A stretch of 64,000 nt of DNA from a virus. The notes below the pieces were generated by a model. The model did not search any database and was not told where the DNA came from. It saw only the letters and a list, made by a program, of their open reading frames with translations. The stretch spans positions 1-64,000 of IMG/VR virus record IMGVR_UViG_3300029268_000010, one strand, 5' to 3'. The position numbers and the translations under genes are program-made. Positions 20,653 through 30,380 of this stretch are shown piece after piece (within the stretch, counting starts at the first letter, position 1; every line of letters begins with the position of its first letter).

Positions 20653-22128
20653 ATGCGTTACTTACCAGGTCAACCTAATGATATCGTAAATGAATCATTA
20701 ACCTCGTATTCTCTTACATCAAGAGCTATAAATAACCCTGATATTCTTCCGACAGTTTTTGAACTGCAGAATGAACAGGATGAAACACCGCTTACAACCC
20801 TACTGAATGTCAACGGTCTGAAAACAAACAAACTGTTTGACAACATGTATTCCAGTAATTACAGGGTAATGAAGTCAAACCACGTCCAGTATGCTATTGA
20901 GAATAGCGAAAAACGTAAAATGCGTCTGAAAGAAAACACTGATGGTGTTGTCTTCGTTTGTGATGCATACCCAACAGAACCCGGCCGGAATGGATCTATC
21001 GTTTATGTGTGGACAGATTCAAACAAAGGAACTTACAAAGATGTAATCGTTCTTGACGACCGCAGGACTCATATCTATGTCATTGACGATGAATTACCCG
21101 TCGAAACAAAAGGTGGCTGGCGTTACATGTGCCGTATGGTACAGTCACACCGCGAAGCATTCATTGATCTTGAAGTGCTCACCGACAATGCAGAATGCCA
21201 GATCGTTTACAACATGCATGAACAGGATTTCTCAGAAACCGGTCGTGAACCGATGTTCACTTTCGACGGATGGGGCCATGCATACATGACGCTGCAGAGG
21301 TACAAGATCAGCTGGTCAGGTACTGGTGCTGCTATGGCTGCCAATGACATCAAATGGACGAACCATTATGGCAATAAGACCTATCTTACTGTTGCCGAGG
21401 ACAAGATGTTCAAGATGGCTGCAAAAGGACATGAATACAATATCATATTCGGAAAAGGAACTGTTACCGAAGAAGGTGATGTTCTTATGCATGACAAGAA
21501 CAACCGGGAGATCATGGCTGGTGACGGTATCATGAATCAGGGCGATGGTGCTTATGAATATCCTTTCCAGGAATGGAATATCAATTTCCTTGACAGCATC
21601 ATGTCTGATCAGGATATCCGTTCAGGAAAAGACGGAAAGAAACAGGTTGCATACATTTGTTCCAGGACCGCACTGTTGAATCTGCAGAAGATGTTCCGCG
21701 AAGAAGGATTTATCACTATGAATAACAATGTTGTTGGTGATGGTTCTTCAAAAGGCATCAATAATGACTATGCTTATTACGAAATAGGTGGCGTCAGCTT
21801 TGTTCCCAAACTGTGGAAATACTTATCTTCCAGTGACAGGCCGACAAAAAGAGTAGACGGTATCTCTCTTGGCGAATGGGATGGTTATATCGTTCCTATG
21901 GGTCAGGATTCAAACGGAAACAACCAGATTGAACTTGTTCAGCTTCGCAAACCCAAACTCGGTACTGTAAAAGGTATTGATATGGTAGGTGCTGATGGTT
22001 CGATGGCAACATCCGTAGATGGATCGCATAAACACTTCCTCTTCCAGACGGGTGTTATCTGCCGCGCTAAGATCACTACCATTTTCAGGCCTTATCCATA
22101 CCAGGCTACTCATACTTTTTTTGCATAA
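20653..22128 (+). CDS. Major capsid protein (HK97 fold, crAss-like)
   Basis: 491 aa; MTLQRYKISWSG, IIFGKG, EIMAGDGIMNQ, MATSVDGS motifs; highly expressed-type codon usage; synteny. Confidence 0.9.
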   Translation: MRYLPGQPNDIVNESLTSYSLTSRAINNPDILPTVFELQNEQDETPLTTLLNVNGLKTNKLFDNMYSSNYRVMKSNHVQYAIENSEKRKMRLKENTDGVVFVCDAYPTEPGRNGSIVYVWTDSNKGTYKDVIVLDDRRTHIYVIDDELPVETKGGWRYMCRMVQSHREAFIDLEVLTDNAECQIVYNMHEQDFSETGREPMFTFDGWGHAYMTLQRYKISWSGTGAAMAANDIKWTNHYGNKTYLTVAEDKMFKMAAKGHEYNIIFGKGTVTEEGDVLMHDKNNREIMAGDGIMNQGDGAYEYPFQEWNINFLDSIMSDQDIRSGKDGKKQVAYICSRTALLNLQKMFREEGFITMNNNVVGDGSSKGINNDYAYYEIGGVSFVPKLWKYLSSSDRPTKRVDGISLGEWDGYIVPMGQDSNGNNQIELVQLRKPKLGTVKGIDMVGADGSMATSVDGSHKHFLFQTGVICRAKITTIFRPYPYQATHTFFA

Positions 22129-22156
22129 TTATTAATTTTTAAAAAAAACATAACAG

Positions 22157-23236
22157 ATGAAGATCATAGATAAAAGAAAAATTCGACTTGTCGCAGTAGC
22201 AAGAAGGTACATGACAGACCCTTTTCCTGCACTGCCGGCACAGGCTTATGGAACATACCTTACTGGTCAGCATATCGATCCAAACAAACCGGAAACCCGG
22301 GGCAATTTGACGGTAGATGAAATGACTGGTAAGGCACCCATATCTGAAGAAAAAATGAAGAAGTTCGGAAGATACATTATTGATCCCAAGAAACATCTCC
22401 TTCTGGAGAATTTGCGTGAGTACGATTTATCAAAGTATGAAGATGGATCATATGTAAACCCGCGTGATGTTCAGCAGTTCAATTTCGCAAGGAATTTCTG
22501 TTCGAATGTTGCTCCGAACAAAACATCAGTAAACCCTTCCACTCATTCCTTTTATCTTGAAGATAAGGAAGCTGATGCAATCGCTTACAATACCTTTGAA
22601 GATAATGTCTTCGATGCTGAGGAACTGATAAGGAAGAACTGTCCTATTTCTGAATATAAGAATAAGGCCATGCTTCTTAATTATCGCGTACAGAACTATC
22701 ATCTTGATATTGAAGTTCTGAGCGACTCTCAGATAAAGGCAGAACTGATTAAGCTTTGTAAGAAGGAACCGCATCATGTTTTAGCATGCTTTGGTCCAAA
22801 GGCAGAAGAAGATCTTTATATATTAAAACTTGTCAATTATGGCATTCTTACCATGAAAGACGGATCATTCTTCGATGGCTCATACTTTGTCGGTGACAGT
22901 ATCGATAAGGTCAGGGAGTTCATTAAAAACCCTTTGGAGTCAAATAACAAATATGCCAACAAATGGGGAAGGTTAATACTTGAAAAGGACGGTAAGTTAC
23001 CTCCACAATCATTGAATCAGTCTATTGCACCTCCGTTAGATCCGGAGAACAAAAATCTAGCTGCTTCAACTTCAGATCCAAATATTGAGTTTTTCAAAAA
23101 GATGGGTTTACCCGAGTTACAGGAGTATTGTAGAAATAAAAAATATGCCAAAGCTGAGTTTGAAACATTTAAAGATGATGAAAACCAACTTCGTGAGTAT
23201 GTGTTATCGCGTTACTTGAGAACAGTAAAAAAATAA
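22157..23236 (+). CDS. Conserved crAss head-module protein following MCP
   Basis: Synteny; FYLEDKE and GIL...DGSFF...VG motifs. Confidence 0.6.
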   Translation: MKIIDKRKIRLVAVARRYMTDPFPALPAQAYGTYLTGQHIDPNKPETRGNLTVDEMTGKAPISEEKMKKFGRYIIDPKKHLLLENLREYDLSKYEDGSYVNPRDVQQFNFARNFCSNVAPNKTSVNPSTHSFYLEDKEADAIAYNTFEDNVFDAEELIRKNCPISEYKNKAMLLNYRVQNYHLDIEVLSDSQIKAELIKLCKKEPHHVLACFGPKAEEDLYILKLVNYGILTMKDGSFFDGSYFVGDSIDKVREFIKNPLESNNKYANKWGRLILEKDGKLPPQSLNQSIAPPLDPENKNLAASTSDPNIEFFKKMGLPELQEYCRNKKYAKAEFETFKDDENQLREYVLSRYLRTVKK

Positions 23237-23242
23237 TAACTC

Positions 23243-24010
23243 ATGGAAACCCTCGATACCTCCAGAAACGTTTATGATGCAGTGTTGTCACGCATTAAAA
23301 AGCAGTCCACAGGGATTTTACCTCCTATACCCGCTAATGAACTGATTAATGATGCACAGATAGACTGGATCGACTTTAAACTTGGAGAGATTGAGAAGAA
23401 CCAAAAACGCATTGATGATCTCAGGACCATCCGCATACTTCCGGCACCACAGATTGCCGCTGACGGTGCGACTACCTTTCTTCTGCCTGATGGTACTTCG
23501 GTAACAGATGCTATAACATTAGCTTTGCTGCCGAAGTATTTCAGGTTGTTAAATGTTGCATTCAGAATAACTTATGTTAATAATGAATGCGGTTTAACAG
23601 GGATTTCAGACTGGATATACAATGTCCATGTTATGAGATCTGATCAGAGGAATTGGATAATGACAAGTCCGCATCGTAAGCCCTCGGATTCAAAGATTTA
23701 CTATGAGATAATTGGAGAACATATTGTCATTGAGACAAACAGTTTTTCAACGGCTTATAGAGTTCGTCTTGAATACCTGAGACCGGCACGCATGTATTTC
23801 TACAATTATATAAATAATGGCAATACGGAACAGGCTTCTCCAGCTACTGATTATACTGGTGCTACTGCAGGGTCCATAAATCTTGAATTTCCTAATAAAC
23901 AGAAAGTTGAGATAGTGGACCGAGCTGCACAAATATACCTGGAAAGAATAAAAGAAGAACGTTACCGTACTTACTTACAGGAAGAACTAATAAAGATGCA
24001 AAATCAATAA
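23243..24010 (+). CDS. Tail ring/head-tail connector protein
   Basis: INDAQIDWI, EKNQKRIDDLRTI, LEYLRP, EIVDRAAQIYL motifs typical of crAss ring proteins. Confidence 0.75.
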   Translation: METLDTSRNVYDAVLSRIKKQSTGILPPIPANELINDAQIDWIDFKLGEIEKNQKRIDDLRTIRILPAPQIAADGATTFLLPDGTSVTDAITLALLPKYFRLLNVAFRITYVNNECGLTGISDWIYNVHVMRSDQRNWIMTSPHRKPSDSKIYYEIIGEHIVIETNSFSTAYRVRLEYLRPARMYFYNYINNGNTEQASPATDYTGATAGSINLEFPNKQKVEIVDRAAQIYLERIKEERYRTYLQEELIKMQNQ

Positions 24011-24038
24011 GTATTAACCATAAAACTAATTTATACTC

Positions 24039-25469
24039 ATGAAACATCATAATTTAAAAGACGTTCAGAGAGCATTTCTGATCAATACGTTAACAACTGA
24101 GGACTTCGGTGTTTATACCGATACTATAAAAGGAAAGAGCATCCTCAATATGAAAAGACTAGGACTCAGCATTCCTTTTGCCGGAGCCCATGGCAATCCT
24201 GTTGTCACAAAGGTCTGTTCAGATGATGGACAGGTACGCGTCGTTGGAACATTCCTTGACGATGTATGTCCTTGTGAAGAATGCCGTACCAACTACGGTA
24301 TACAGATCAACAAATATCCTGAGAAACCAGGTGTGTTCAACAGTCAGGCCGAAAGAAGTCTGAAAGGTTATGGCGGCGTTGACGCTGATCCTTTACAGTG
24401 CGTCTCTGGTCTTATCCCGGGAACCAAGATGGAAGATATGGTCGATGATATCATCAACCAGATCAATGCTGATATCGGATTCTCAAATCCTGATTCCGGA
24501 AGTGGTGCGCATGCAGGAAAGATGCATTACCTTACCGGATTTAATGCTGGCGATACTGTAACCATCAATGGAACAGCGTATACCGGAGCAACAAGAGCTT
24601 TGCTTATCGCTGCCATCAATGCCGGCACCGACGCTTTTGCTTTTGCTGGAACAATTGCTTCAACTCTTTACATAATTGCCAATGCCACTCCTACGACTTT
24701 TGTAGTGACTGCCGGTGGTATGATAGTTCATGGAAACTGGGGCATAGGACTCATTGCCAATGATGTTGACACTCCGATCGACATTACTTTCTCAGAAGAA
24801 GTAGATATCCATGGAACGACTGTTGTTATCCAGGAAGGTTTCTTTGCTTCTCTGACTCCTGAAGAAGTGTTTGCTGAATTCACCAATAAGGGCCATCATG
24901 GTTCTTTGACCGCAAACATATACCGCGAACTTCCTATCGAAGATGCTCATTACTGTAAATACAATGTTGAATGGAATGACACTGTTGACTCGCTCAACTC
25001 AGGTGCCAACAACCTTGAACATCGTGACGGTTCTATCCTTATATATATCAGGGAATCAGTTCTTGCAACCAATGTATGGGATGCCAGCAACCTGATGTGG
25101 GAATCTACGCAAGCCGGTTTTGCCGCTGACACAACCTTTGATGAACTCCTTGGCTTATGGGGTTACAACCCTGCAGTCACCGGTGATGCTACTGTCGTTC
25201 TGAGTAACAATGTCGCCAACGGCAACGGTGCCCTGAACATCATCCTGAACGGAACGTCTTATTTGTTCCCGATCTTCAACGGACAGACAGTAGATACTAT
25301 AGGACAGATTATGGCTGCTGTCTTTGCAGCACTGCCACAGTTTGCTGACTCAACATGGGATCTTGCAACTCGTACCCTGACGATCTCAGGACCTACAGAC
25401 ATTATCTCTGGAAGCGCTACCCTGTCGGGCGCCGCTACACTCCCGACCTTTACTTTTGCACTTGTGTAA
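24039..25469 (+). CDS. Auxiliary capsid/decoration-type structural protein
   Basis: 476 aa, Thr/Gly/Ala-rich beta domains, CPCEEC motif; followed by a strong terminator; synteny with the crAss001 gp36-like position. Confidence 0.6.
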   Translation: MKHHNLKDVQRAFLINTLTTEDFGVYTDTIKGKSILNMKRLGLSIPFAGAHGNPVVTKVCSDDGQVRVVGTFLDDVCPCEECRTNYGIQINKYPEKPGVFNSQAERSLKGYGGVDADPLQCVSGLIPGTKMEDMVDDIINQINADIGFSNPDSGSGAHAGKMHYLTGFNAGDTVTINGTAYTGATRALLIAAINAGTDAFAFAGTIASTLYIIANATPTTFVVTAGGMIVHGNWGIGLIANDVDTPIDITFSEEVDIHGTTVVIQEGFFASLTPEEVFAEFTNKGHHGSLTANIYRELPIEDAHYCKYNVEWNDTVDSLNSGANNLEHRDGSILIYIRESVLATNVWDASNLMWESTQAGFAADTTFDELLGLWGYNPAVTGDATVVLSNNVANGNGALNIILNGTSYLFPIFNGQTVDTIGQIMAAVFAALPQFADSTWDLATRTLTISGPTDIISGSATLSGAATLPTFTFALV

Positions 25470-25490
25470 GAGTTAGGCTTCGCCTGAATG

Positions 25491-25539
25491 AAAGAAAAGG
25501 GGTGGTGGAAAAGTATTCTACTGCCCCTTCTTTCTTTTT
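25491..25539 (+). terminator. Long hairpin terminator ending the head operon
   Basis: AAAGAAAAGGGGTGGTGGAA / TTCTACTGCCCCTTCTTTCTTTTT imperfect inverted repeat with T-tract. Confidence 0.75.
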
Positions 25540-25565
25540 ACATTTCAAATTAAATTTGTATTTCC

Positions 25566-26246
25566 ATGACAAGACTGCAAATAATCGATGATATAATAGA
25601 AGGTTTGTCGGCATATAATGTGACCGACGATTCTATTTTTGACAGGGATTACATTGGCTATAAAGTTGATGTGATGCGTGAGACGTTGATCAGGAATGAC
25701 TATCCTGTAATTGATGATAAATACTATCAATCTATGTGTTGTATCGAGGTAGAATGTCTTGAACAAGGATGTACTATTCCGGGTCTTGGATTTATAGGCT
25801 CAGGGGATGTTATCTGGAAAGCAGAACTTCCTTCTCTTATGACTGATGTAGGATGGAAAGATATAAAGTTCCTGGGCATGCCTGATTATGTCAGTGAATT
25901 TATTCGTAAGACTCTTTCCGGATGGCAAAGCATAAAAGGACTTCTATATTCTACGCTGGAAGACATTTTTTATACTATCATAGGAAAAGATGCATATTTC
26001 AAAAACCTACCTACTGAGACAAAATTCATTTGCCTTATAGGACTTATCACTCAGCCGGCCAGCGCATGTTCATATGATCCTGATTCTGATTACCCTGTAC
26101 CTGATGTTATGAGACTTATCATAGCAGTAAAGAAAGATATATTATCCACTTATGGTATCATTCCGGATGTGCAACAGGACAGTTCAGGACAACCTATGGA
26201 GAATTCAATGAGTGGCTCAAAGACACAAGCAGCAAAAGGAAAATAA
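25566..26246 (+). CDS. Tail ring protein (crAss R2-like)
   Basis: LQIIDDI...VTDDS, QSMCCIEVEC, DSDYPVP motifs; TAAATTTG at 25551-25558 upstream. Confidence 0.7.
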   Translation: MTRLQIIDDIIEGLSAYNVTDDSIFDRDYIGYKVDVMRETLIRNDYPVIDDKYYQSMCCIEVECLEQGCTIPGLGFIGSGDVIWKAELPSLMTDVGWKDIKFLGMPDYVSEFIRKTLSGWQSIKGLLYSTLEDIFYTIIGKDAYFKNLPTETKFICLIGLITQPASACSYDPDSDYPVPDVMRLIIAVKKDILSTYGIIPDVQQDSSGQPMENSMSGSKTQAAKGK

Positions 26247-26249
26247 TTT

Positions 26250-27344
26250 ATGATAAAGATGAAGATATTAAATGTTGTAGGCGCCAGGCCCAACTTTATG
26301 AAGATAGCACCTCTTATGAGAGAGTATGCTAAGAATGAAAATGATGCATATTTTGATCCATTACTTGTACATACCGGTCAGCATTATAGCGATAATATGT
26401 CGAAAGTATTTATTGATGAATTAGGAATCAATTCTCCTGATTTATTTTTAAGTATGAATCCTTTGATGAATTCTCAGGCAGAACAGGTAGCTGATATCAT
26501 GGTTAAATTTGAAAAAGTATGTGTTATTGAAAAACCAGATGCCGTTCTTGTCGTTGGCGATGTTAATTCAACAGTGGCATGCGCATTAGCAGCAAAGAAA
26601 CTGAATATCAAGGTTATTCATCTTGAGGCCGGCTTACGGAGTTTTGATATGACAATGCCGGAAGAGATAAACCGTATCATCACAGATAGCATTTCTGACG
26701 TGTTATTGACCTCCTGCCAGGATGGTAATGTCAATCTTGCCCGGGAAGGAAAAGACGTGTCAAAGATTCATTATGTAGGAAATATAATGATCGATTCTCT
26801 TTATTATAACCTGAAGAAGATAGAGAATTCAAATATCAGGGAGAGATTAAATCTGTTTGATCCTTTTATCCTTGTCACACTGCATCGTCCTTCCAATGTA
26901 GATGATAAAATTATACTGAGTAATATCATGCAGCGGTTAAGAGGTGTTTCCGAATACCTTAAAGTTGTTTTTCCAATGCATCCGCGCACAAAACATGCGA
27001 TCATTGACAACAATATTGATATAGGTAATATCATTATTACAGAACCATTAGGATATTATGATTTTAATAATCTTATGATGGCTTCAAAAGGAGTCATTAC
27101 AGATTCCGGAGGTGTTCAGGAAGAGACTACAGCTGTAAGGATACCTTGCCTGACGATAAGAAAGAATACAGAACGTCCTGTAACAATAAGGGAAGGCACC
27201 AATGAACTTTACGATGGGAATCTTGACAATATATATAGTTTTTGTGATAGAGTCATGCATAAGTCCTGGAAGATAGGTGGTACTGTAATCAACTGGGATG
27301 GTAATACTGCAAAGAGAGTCATTGATATTTTAAAAAGATTGTAG
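26250..27344 (+). CDS. wecB: UDP-N-acetylglucosamine 2-epimerase (non-hydrolysing)
   Basis: VVGARPNFMK, HTGQHY, VVGDVNST, HLEAGLRS, PEEINR, VTLHRPSNVD, TDSGGVQEE, TERP motifs. Confidence 0.96.
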   Translation: MIKMKILNVVGARPNFMKIAPLMREYAKNENDAYFDPLLVHTGQHYSDNMSKVFIDELGINSPDLFLSMNPLMNSQAEQVADIMVKFEKVCVIEKPDAVLVVGDVNSTVACALAAKKLNIKVIHLEAGLRSFDMTMPEEINRIITDSISDVLLTSCQDGNVNLAREGKDVSKIHYVGNIMIDSLYYNLKKIENSNIRERLNLFDPFILVTLHRPSNVDDKIILSNIMQRLRGVSEYLKVVFPMHPRTKHAIIDNNIDIGNIIITEPLGYYDFNNLMMASKGVITDSGGVQEETTAVRIPCLTIRKNTERPVTIREGTNELYDGNLDNIYSFCDRVMHKSWKIGGTVINWDGNTAKRVIDILKRL

Positions 27345-27363
27345 AACTAGAAAAAAGAAAATT

Positions 27364-27918
27364 ATGAACGAAAGATTAAGAAATGTCCATCAGGACAGAG
27401 AGAACTTAGTATTGGAAATGATAAAAGATCAGTTTCCGATAAAAAACATGCTTTATGTAGGTGCTTTCAGGGGTGCCTGCGCGCTAGTAGATATGTTCAA
27501 GACCAATAATCCTAGCATTAAAATTACACTTATCGAAGCTTTTGAAGATAGCGTGAACTATTTCAAACAACATAAATTATTTGACCGGGTAGTGCATGCA
27601 AATGTCGTTGACTGTCTGAGTCATTTTGAGCCTGCAGAATTTGATGCAGTAGTATGGTGGCATGGACCAGAACATGTAGAAAAGTTACAGTCCATATGTG
27701 CTATAAAAGATCTTGAAACACTAGCTTCAAAGATTATATTGATAGGATCACCATGGGGTAACAGACCTCAGAAAAATAACACCAATACCTTCCAGAATCA
27801 TGTCAGCGCTTTTGATATTTACGATTTTAATAAATTGGGATATCAGGATATAAAAACCATTGGTGGTATTCATCGGCCATCAAATTGTCTCATAGCAATA
27901 AAAAGATTAGGTATATGA
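27364..27918 (+). CDS. Class I SAM-dependent methyltransferase-like protein
   Basis: MLYVGA, TLIEAF, VHANV, FDAVVWWHGPEH, IGSPWG Rossmann-type motifs. Confidence 0.7.
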   Translation: MNERLRNVHQDRENLVLEMIKDQFPIKNMLYVGAFRGACALVDMFKTNNPSIKITLIEAFEDSVNYFKQHKLFDRVVHANVVDCLSHFEPAEFDAVVWWHGPEHVEKLQSICAIKDLETLASKIILIGSPWGNRPQKNNTNTFQNHVSAFDIYDFNKLGYQDIKTIGGIHRPSNCLIAIKRLGI

Positions 27919-28601
27919 GCAAGGAAATAGATGTTTGCGTCGTAACCTATAATCGGTTAAGTTATCTCCAAAAGTGTGTTTGGAGTATTATTGCTTCTAC
28001 ACGTCGGCCATACAGAATTCATGTCATTGATGATGGTTCTACTGACGGATCCAGAGAATGGCTTCAATATATGAAAGAGTCCGGAAAGATATTTAATTAT
28101 ATTTTCAATGAAGAGAATCTTGGATCCGCTGGTTCGCTGAATAAAGTCATAGACAGTACAGAAACACAATACATCACTGTGACCTTTGATGATATGTATT
28201 TTCATCGTGGATGGGATGAAACAGTCTTTGGTATTCTTCGTGACTATAAAGATTCAGGTCTTATCTCATTCTATAATTATCCTTTTACAAAATTTGATAC
28301 TAAGATTGATGATAGGGTATGGAAGGTTGTAAGGACAGGTATCGGGGCCGCTCTGATCAATAAGGAGTTATATGAAAAAGCAGGTAAGTTCATTCTTCCT
28401 TATGGACGAAAGATGGGATGGTTTACCACTCCGTTCTGTAATCGCTGCAATCATGTTGATATTCCAAGAAACAAACATTATGTTCCTGTAATGCCTTATG
28501 TAACGAACATGGACGAACCTCAGTGCCGATTAAATGAAAGAAATGCCCAGGGAGAATATATTGCTATGCGTCAAAAAGAAAAGAAAGGATGGGGGTTATG
28601 A
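27885..28601 (+). CDS. Glycosyltransferase family 2 (likely start ATG 27915)
   Basis: VCVVTYNR, VIDDGSTDGS, ENLGSA, TFDDMY (DxD-like). Confidence 0.9.
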   Translation: MSHSNKKIRYMSKEIDVCVVTYNRLSYLQKCVWSIIASTRRPYRIHVIDDGSTDGSREWLQYMKESGKIFNYIFNEENLGSAGSLNKVIDSTETQYITVTFDDMYFHRGWDETVFGILRDYKDSGLISFYNYPFTKFDTKIDDRVWKVVRTGIGAALINKELYEKAGKFILPYGRKMGWFTTPFCNRCNHVDIPRNKHYVPVMPYVTNMDEPQCRLNERNAQGEYIAMRQKEKKGWGL

Positions 28602-29155
28602 GATCACTTGATGAAATAGCTTTGACATATGTTACAGACAAGCGTGCATCTGCTCATAATTATCTGGAGAAATACGAAAGGTATTTTGGTCCGAGAAGAG
28701 ATTATGCAAAGATTGTTCTTGAGATCGGAGTGAAGTTCGGAAAGTCCATAGAGGTCTGGAAAGAATATTTTACTGAAGCTCATATTGTAGGTATTGACAT
28801 TGATCCTAAATGTAAAAGGCATGAAGGAGTGAGAAAATCTGTTTATATAGGAAACCAGAGTGATCTGTCATTCCTTAAATCAGTAATGGATGATACCGGT
28901 GCCCCTGATATAATCATAGATGATGGAAGTCACAAAGGAAAAGATATCCTTGCTTCCTGGCAGTTCTTATGGAACTTTTTAAAGCCCGGCGGCATTTATA
29001 TCATAGAAGATATATCAACTTCTTACAACTGGCCGAATAATACTGATTTCAGTGATGTACTTCCGGGAATACTACAGGGATTATTATCAAGAAAAGACTG
29101 TACTATTTTCAGTATGGAAATGTTCTTTAATCTTTTAATAATACGCAAGAAATGA
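28589..29155 (+). CDS. Sugar O-methyltransferase (MycE-like class I MTase)
   Basis: TDK..HNY, VLEIGV, IVGIDI, GNQSD, IIIDDGSH, LKPGGIYIIED. Confidence 0.82.
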   Translation: MGVMRSLDEIALTYVTDKRASAHNYLEKYERYFGPRRDYAKIVLEIGVKFGKSIEVWKEYFTEAHIVGIDIDPKCKRHEGVRKSVYIGNQSDLSFLKSVMDDTGAPDIIIDDGSHKGKDILASWQFLWNFLKPGGIYIIEDISTSYNWPNNTDFSDVLPGILQGLLSRKDCTIFSMEMFFNLLIIRKK

Positions 29156-29727
29156 TAGCACACTACGATAAAAACCCAAATTCTGTAGCGTGGATGGATA
29201 ATCATTATTCTCGCGCAAAGTTCTCTCCGGAGAATGAAAGATTAAATGCATGGATGTTTCCATTACTTGAAAAGTATATTCCAAAGGAAGGAACTGTACT
29301 TGAAGTAGGATGTGGTTGCGGAAGGACCCTTGACTGGATATATCAGAAGAATCCTAATCTTAAACTTATAGGTACTGACGTTTCAAATGTGGCAATTCAG
29401 AAAGGTGCAGAATACTACAAGCATATTGAATTCATATGTGAAGACGCGGAATTTGCCGAACATAAAGATATTGACCTTGTAATTTGCTCTCAGACTCTTG
29501 AACATGTTGACAGGCCCAGCGAGGTAATGATCAATATGCAGTCCTGGTTAAAAGACAAAGGAGTATTATTTATTACTATTCCTTATCCGAGAAGTGTTCT
29601 TGATATGGGATGTAAGGTTCATTACTGGAGCATTTACGAACATGATTTTATCAGTATCTTTGGTAAAAATGTCATATGTTCAAAAATTGATAAAAATCAT
29701 TTGGCGGCAATATGGGAAAAGAAATAA
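29152..29727 (+). CDS. Class I SAM-dependent methyltransferase
   Basis: VLEVGCGCG, IGTDVS, DLVICSQTLEHV, LKDKGVLFITIP. Confidence 0.88.
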   Translation: MIAHYDKNPNSVAWMDNHYSRAKFSPENERLNAWMFPLLEKYIPKEGTVLEVGCGCGRTLDWIYQKNPNLKLIGTDVSNVAIQKGAEYYKHIEFICEDAEFAEHKDIDLVICSQTLEHVDRPSEVMINMQSWLKDKGVLFITIPYPRSVLDMGCKVHYWSIYEHDFISIFGKNVICSKIDKNHLAAIWEKK

Positions 29728-30380
29728 TACATATAATTGCTACGCGATGTAATTATTCAAATGAAGATCTGTTCATAAAGAGATTTCCATACCTGATTAA
29801 TTGCGCTTATGATTGTTTGCTGCATCAGACATGTAAGAATTTCCAATGGATCATCATTACCAATAATGAAGGAGTGATAAATTGCAAGTTTGATTTTCCT
29901 GTTATCTTTTCTAAATCAAAGGAAGATTACAAGAAATACATTAATTTTCTTTCAACTGATTCTAATATCCTGCAGTCGAGACTTGACATTGACGATGCCC
30001 TGGCTCCTGAGTATGTTCAGAAGATGAAAGATATTGAATTTCCTGATAATAACTGTATCATTGATTTTTCGGGTTATCGTCTTGATGAACGGACCCAAAA
30101 AGTCATGAAAGACAAAAAATATAATCTTCGTGTTCCTTCTCCCTTTTTGAGTCTTTATACTCCGAAACAAGATACTGAAATCGAAAGTGTTTTTGATCAT
30201 CAGCATACACAGATGGCAAAACTCTATCCTCTGATAAAAAAAGATGATATGATGTGGTTTCAGATAATAAATCCTGATTCGGCACTTATGGGAAAGAGAA
30301 CTATTGAAGAAACGGAAAAAGGTGGATTTTCAGTAACAGATTATCCTGAATGGATAAATAGATATAGACATGAAAGATAA
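29712..30380 (+). CDS. GT-A glycosyltransferase (putative rhamnosyltransferase-like family)
   Basis: HIIATRCN, LLHQTCKNFQWII, QSRLDIDDAL, SPFLSL motifs. Confidence 0.72.
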   Translation: MGKEIIHIIATRCNYSNEDLFIKRFPYLINCAYDCLLHQTCKNFQWIIITNNEGVINCKFDFPVIFSKSKEDYKKYINFLSTDSNILQSRLDIDDALAPEYVQKMKDIEFPDNNCIIDFSGYRLDERTQKVMKDKKYNLRVPSPFLSLYTPKQDTEIESVFDHQHTQMAKLYPLIKKDDMMWFQIINPDSALMGKRTIEETEKGGFSVTDYPEWINRYRHER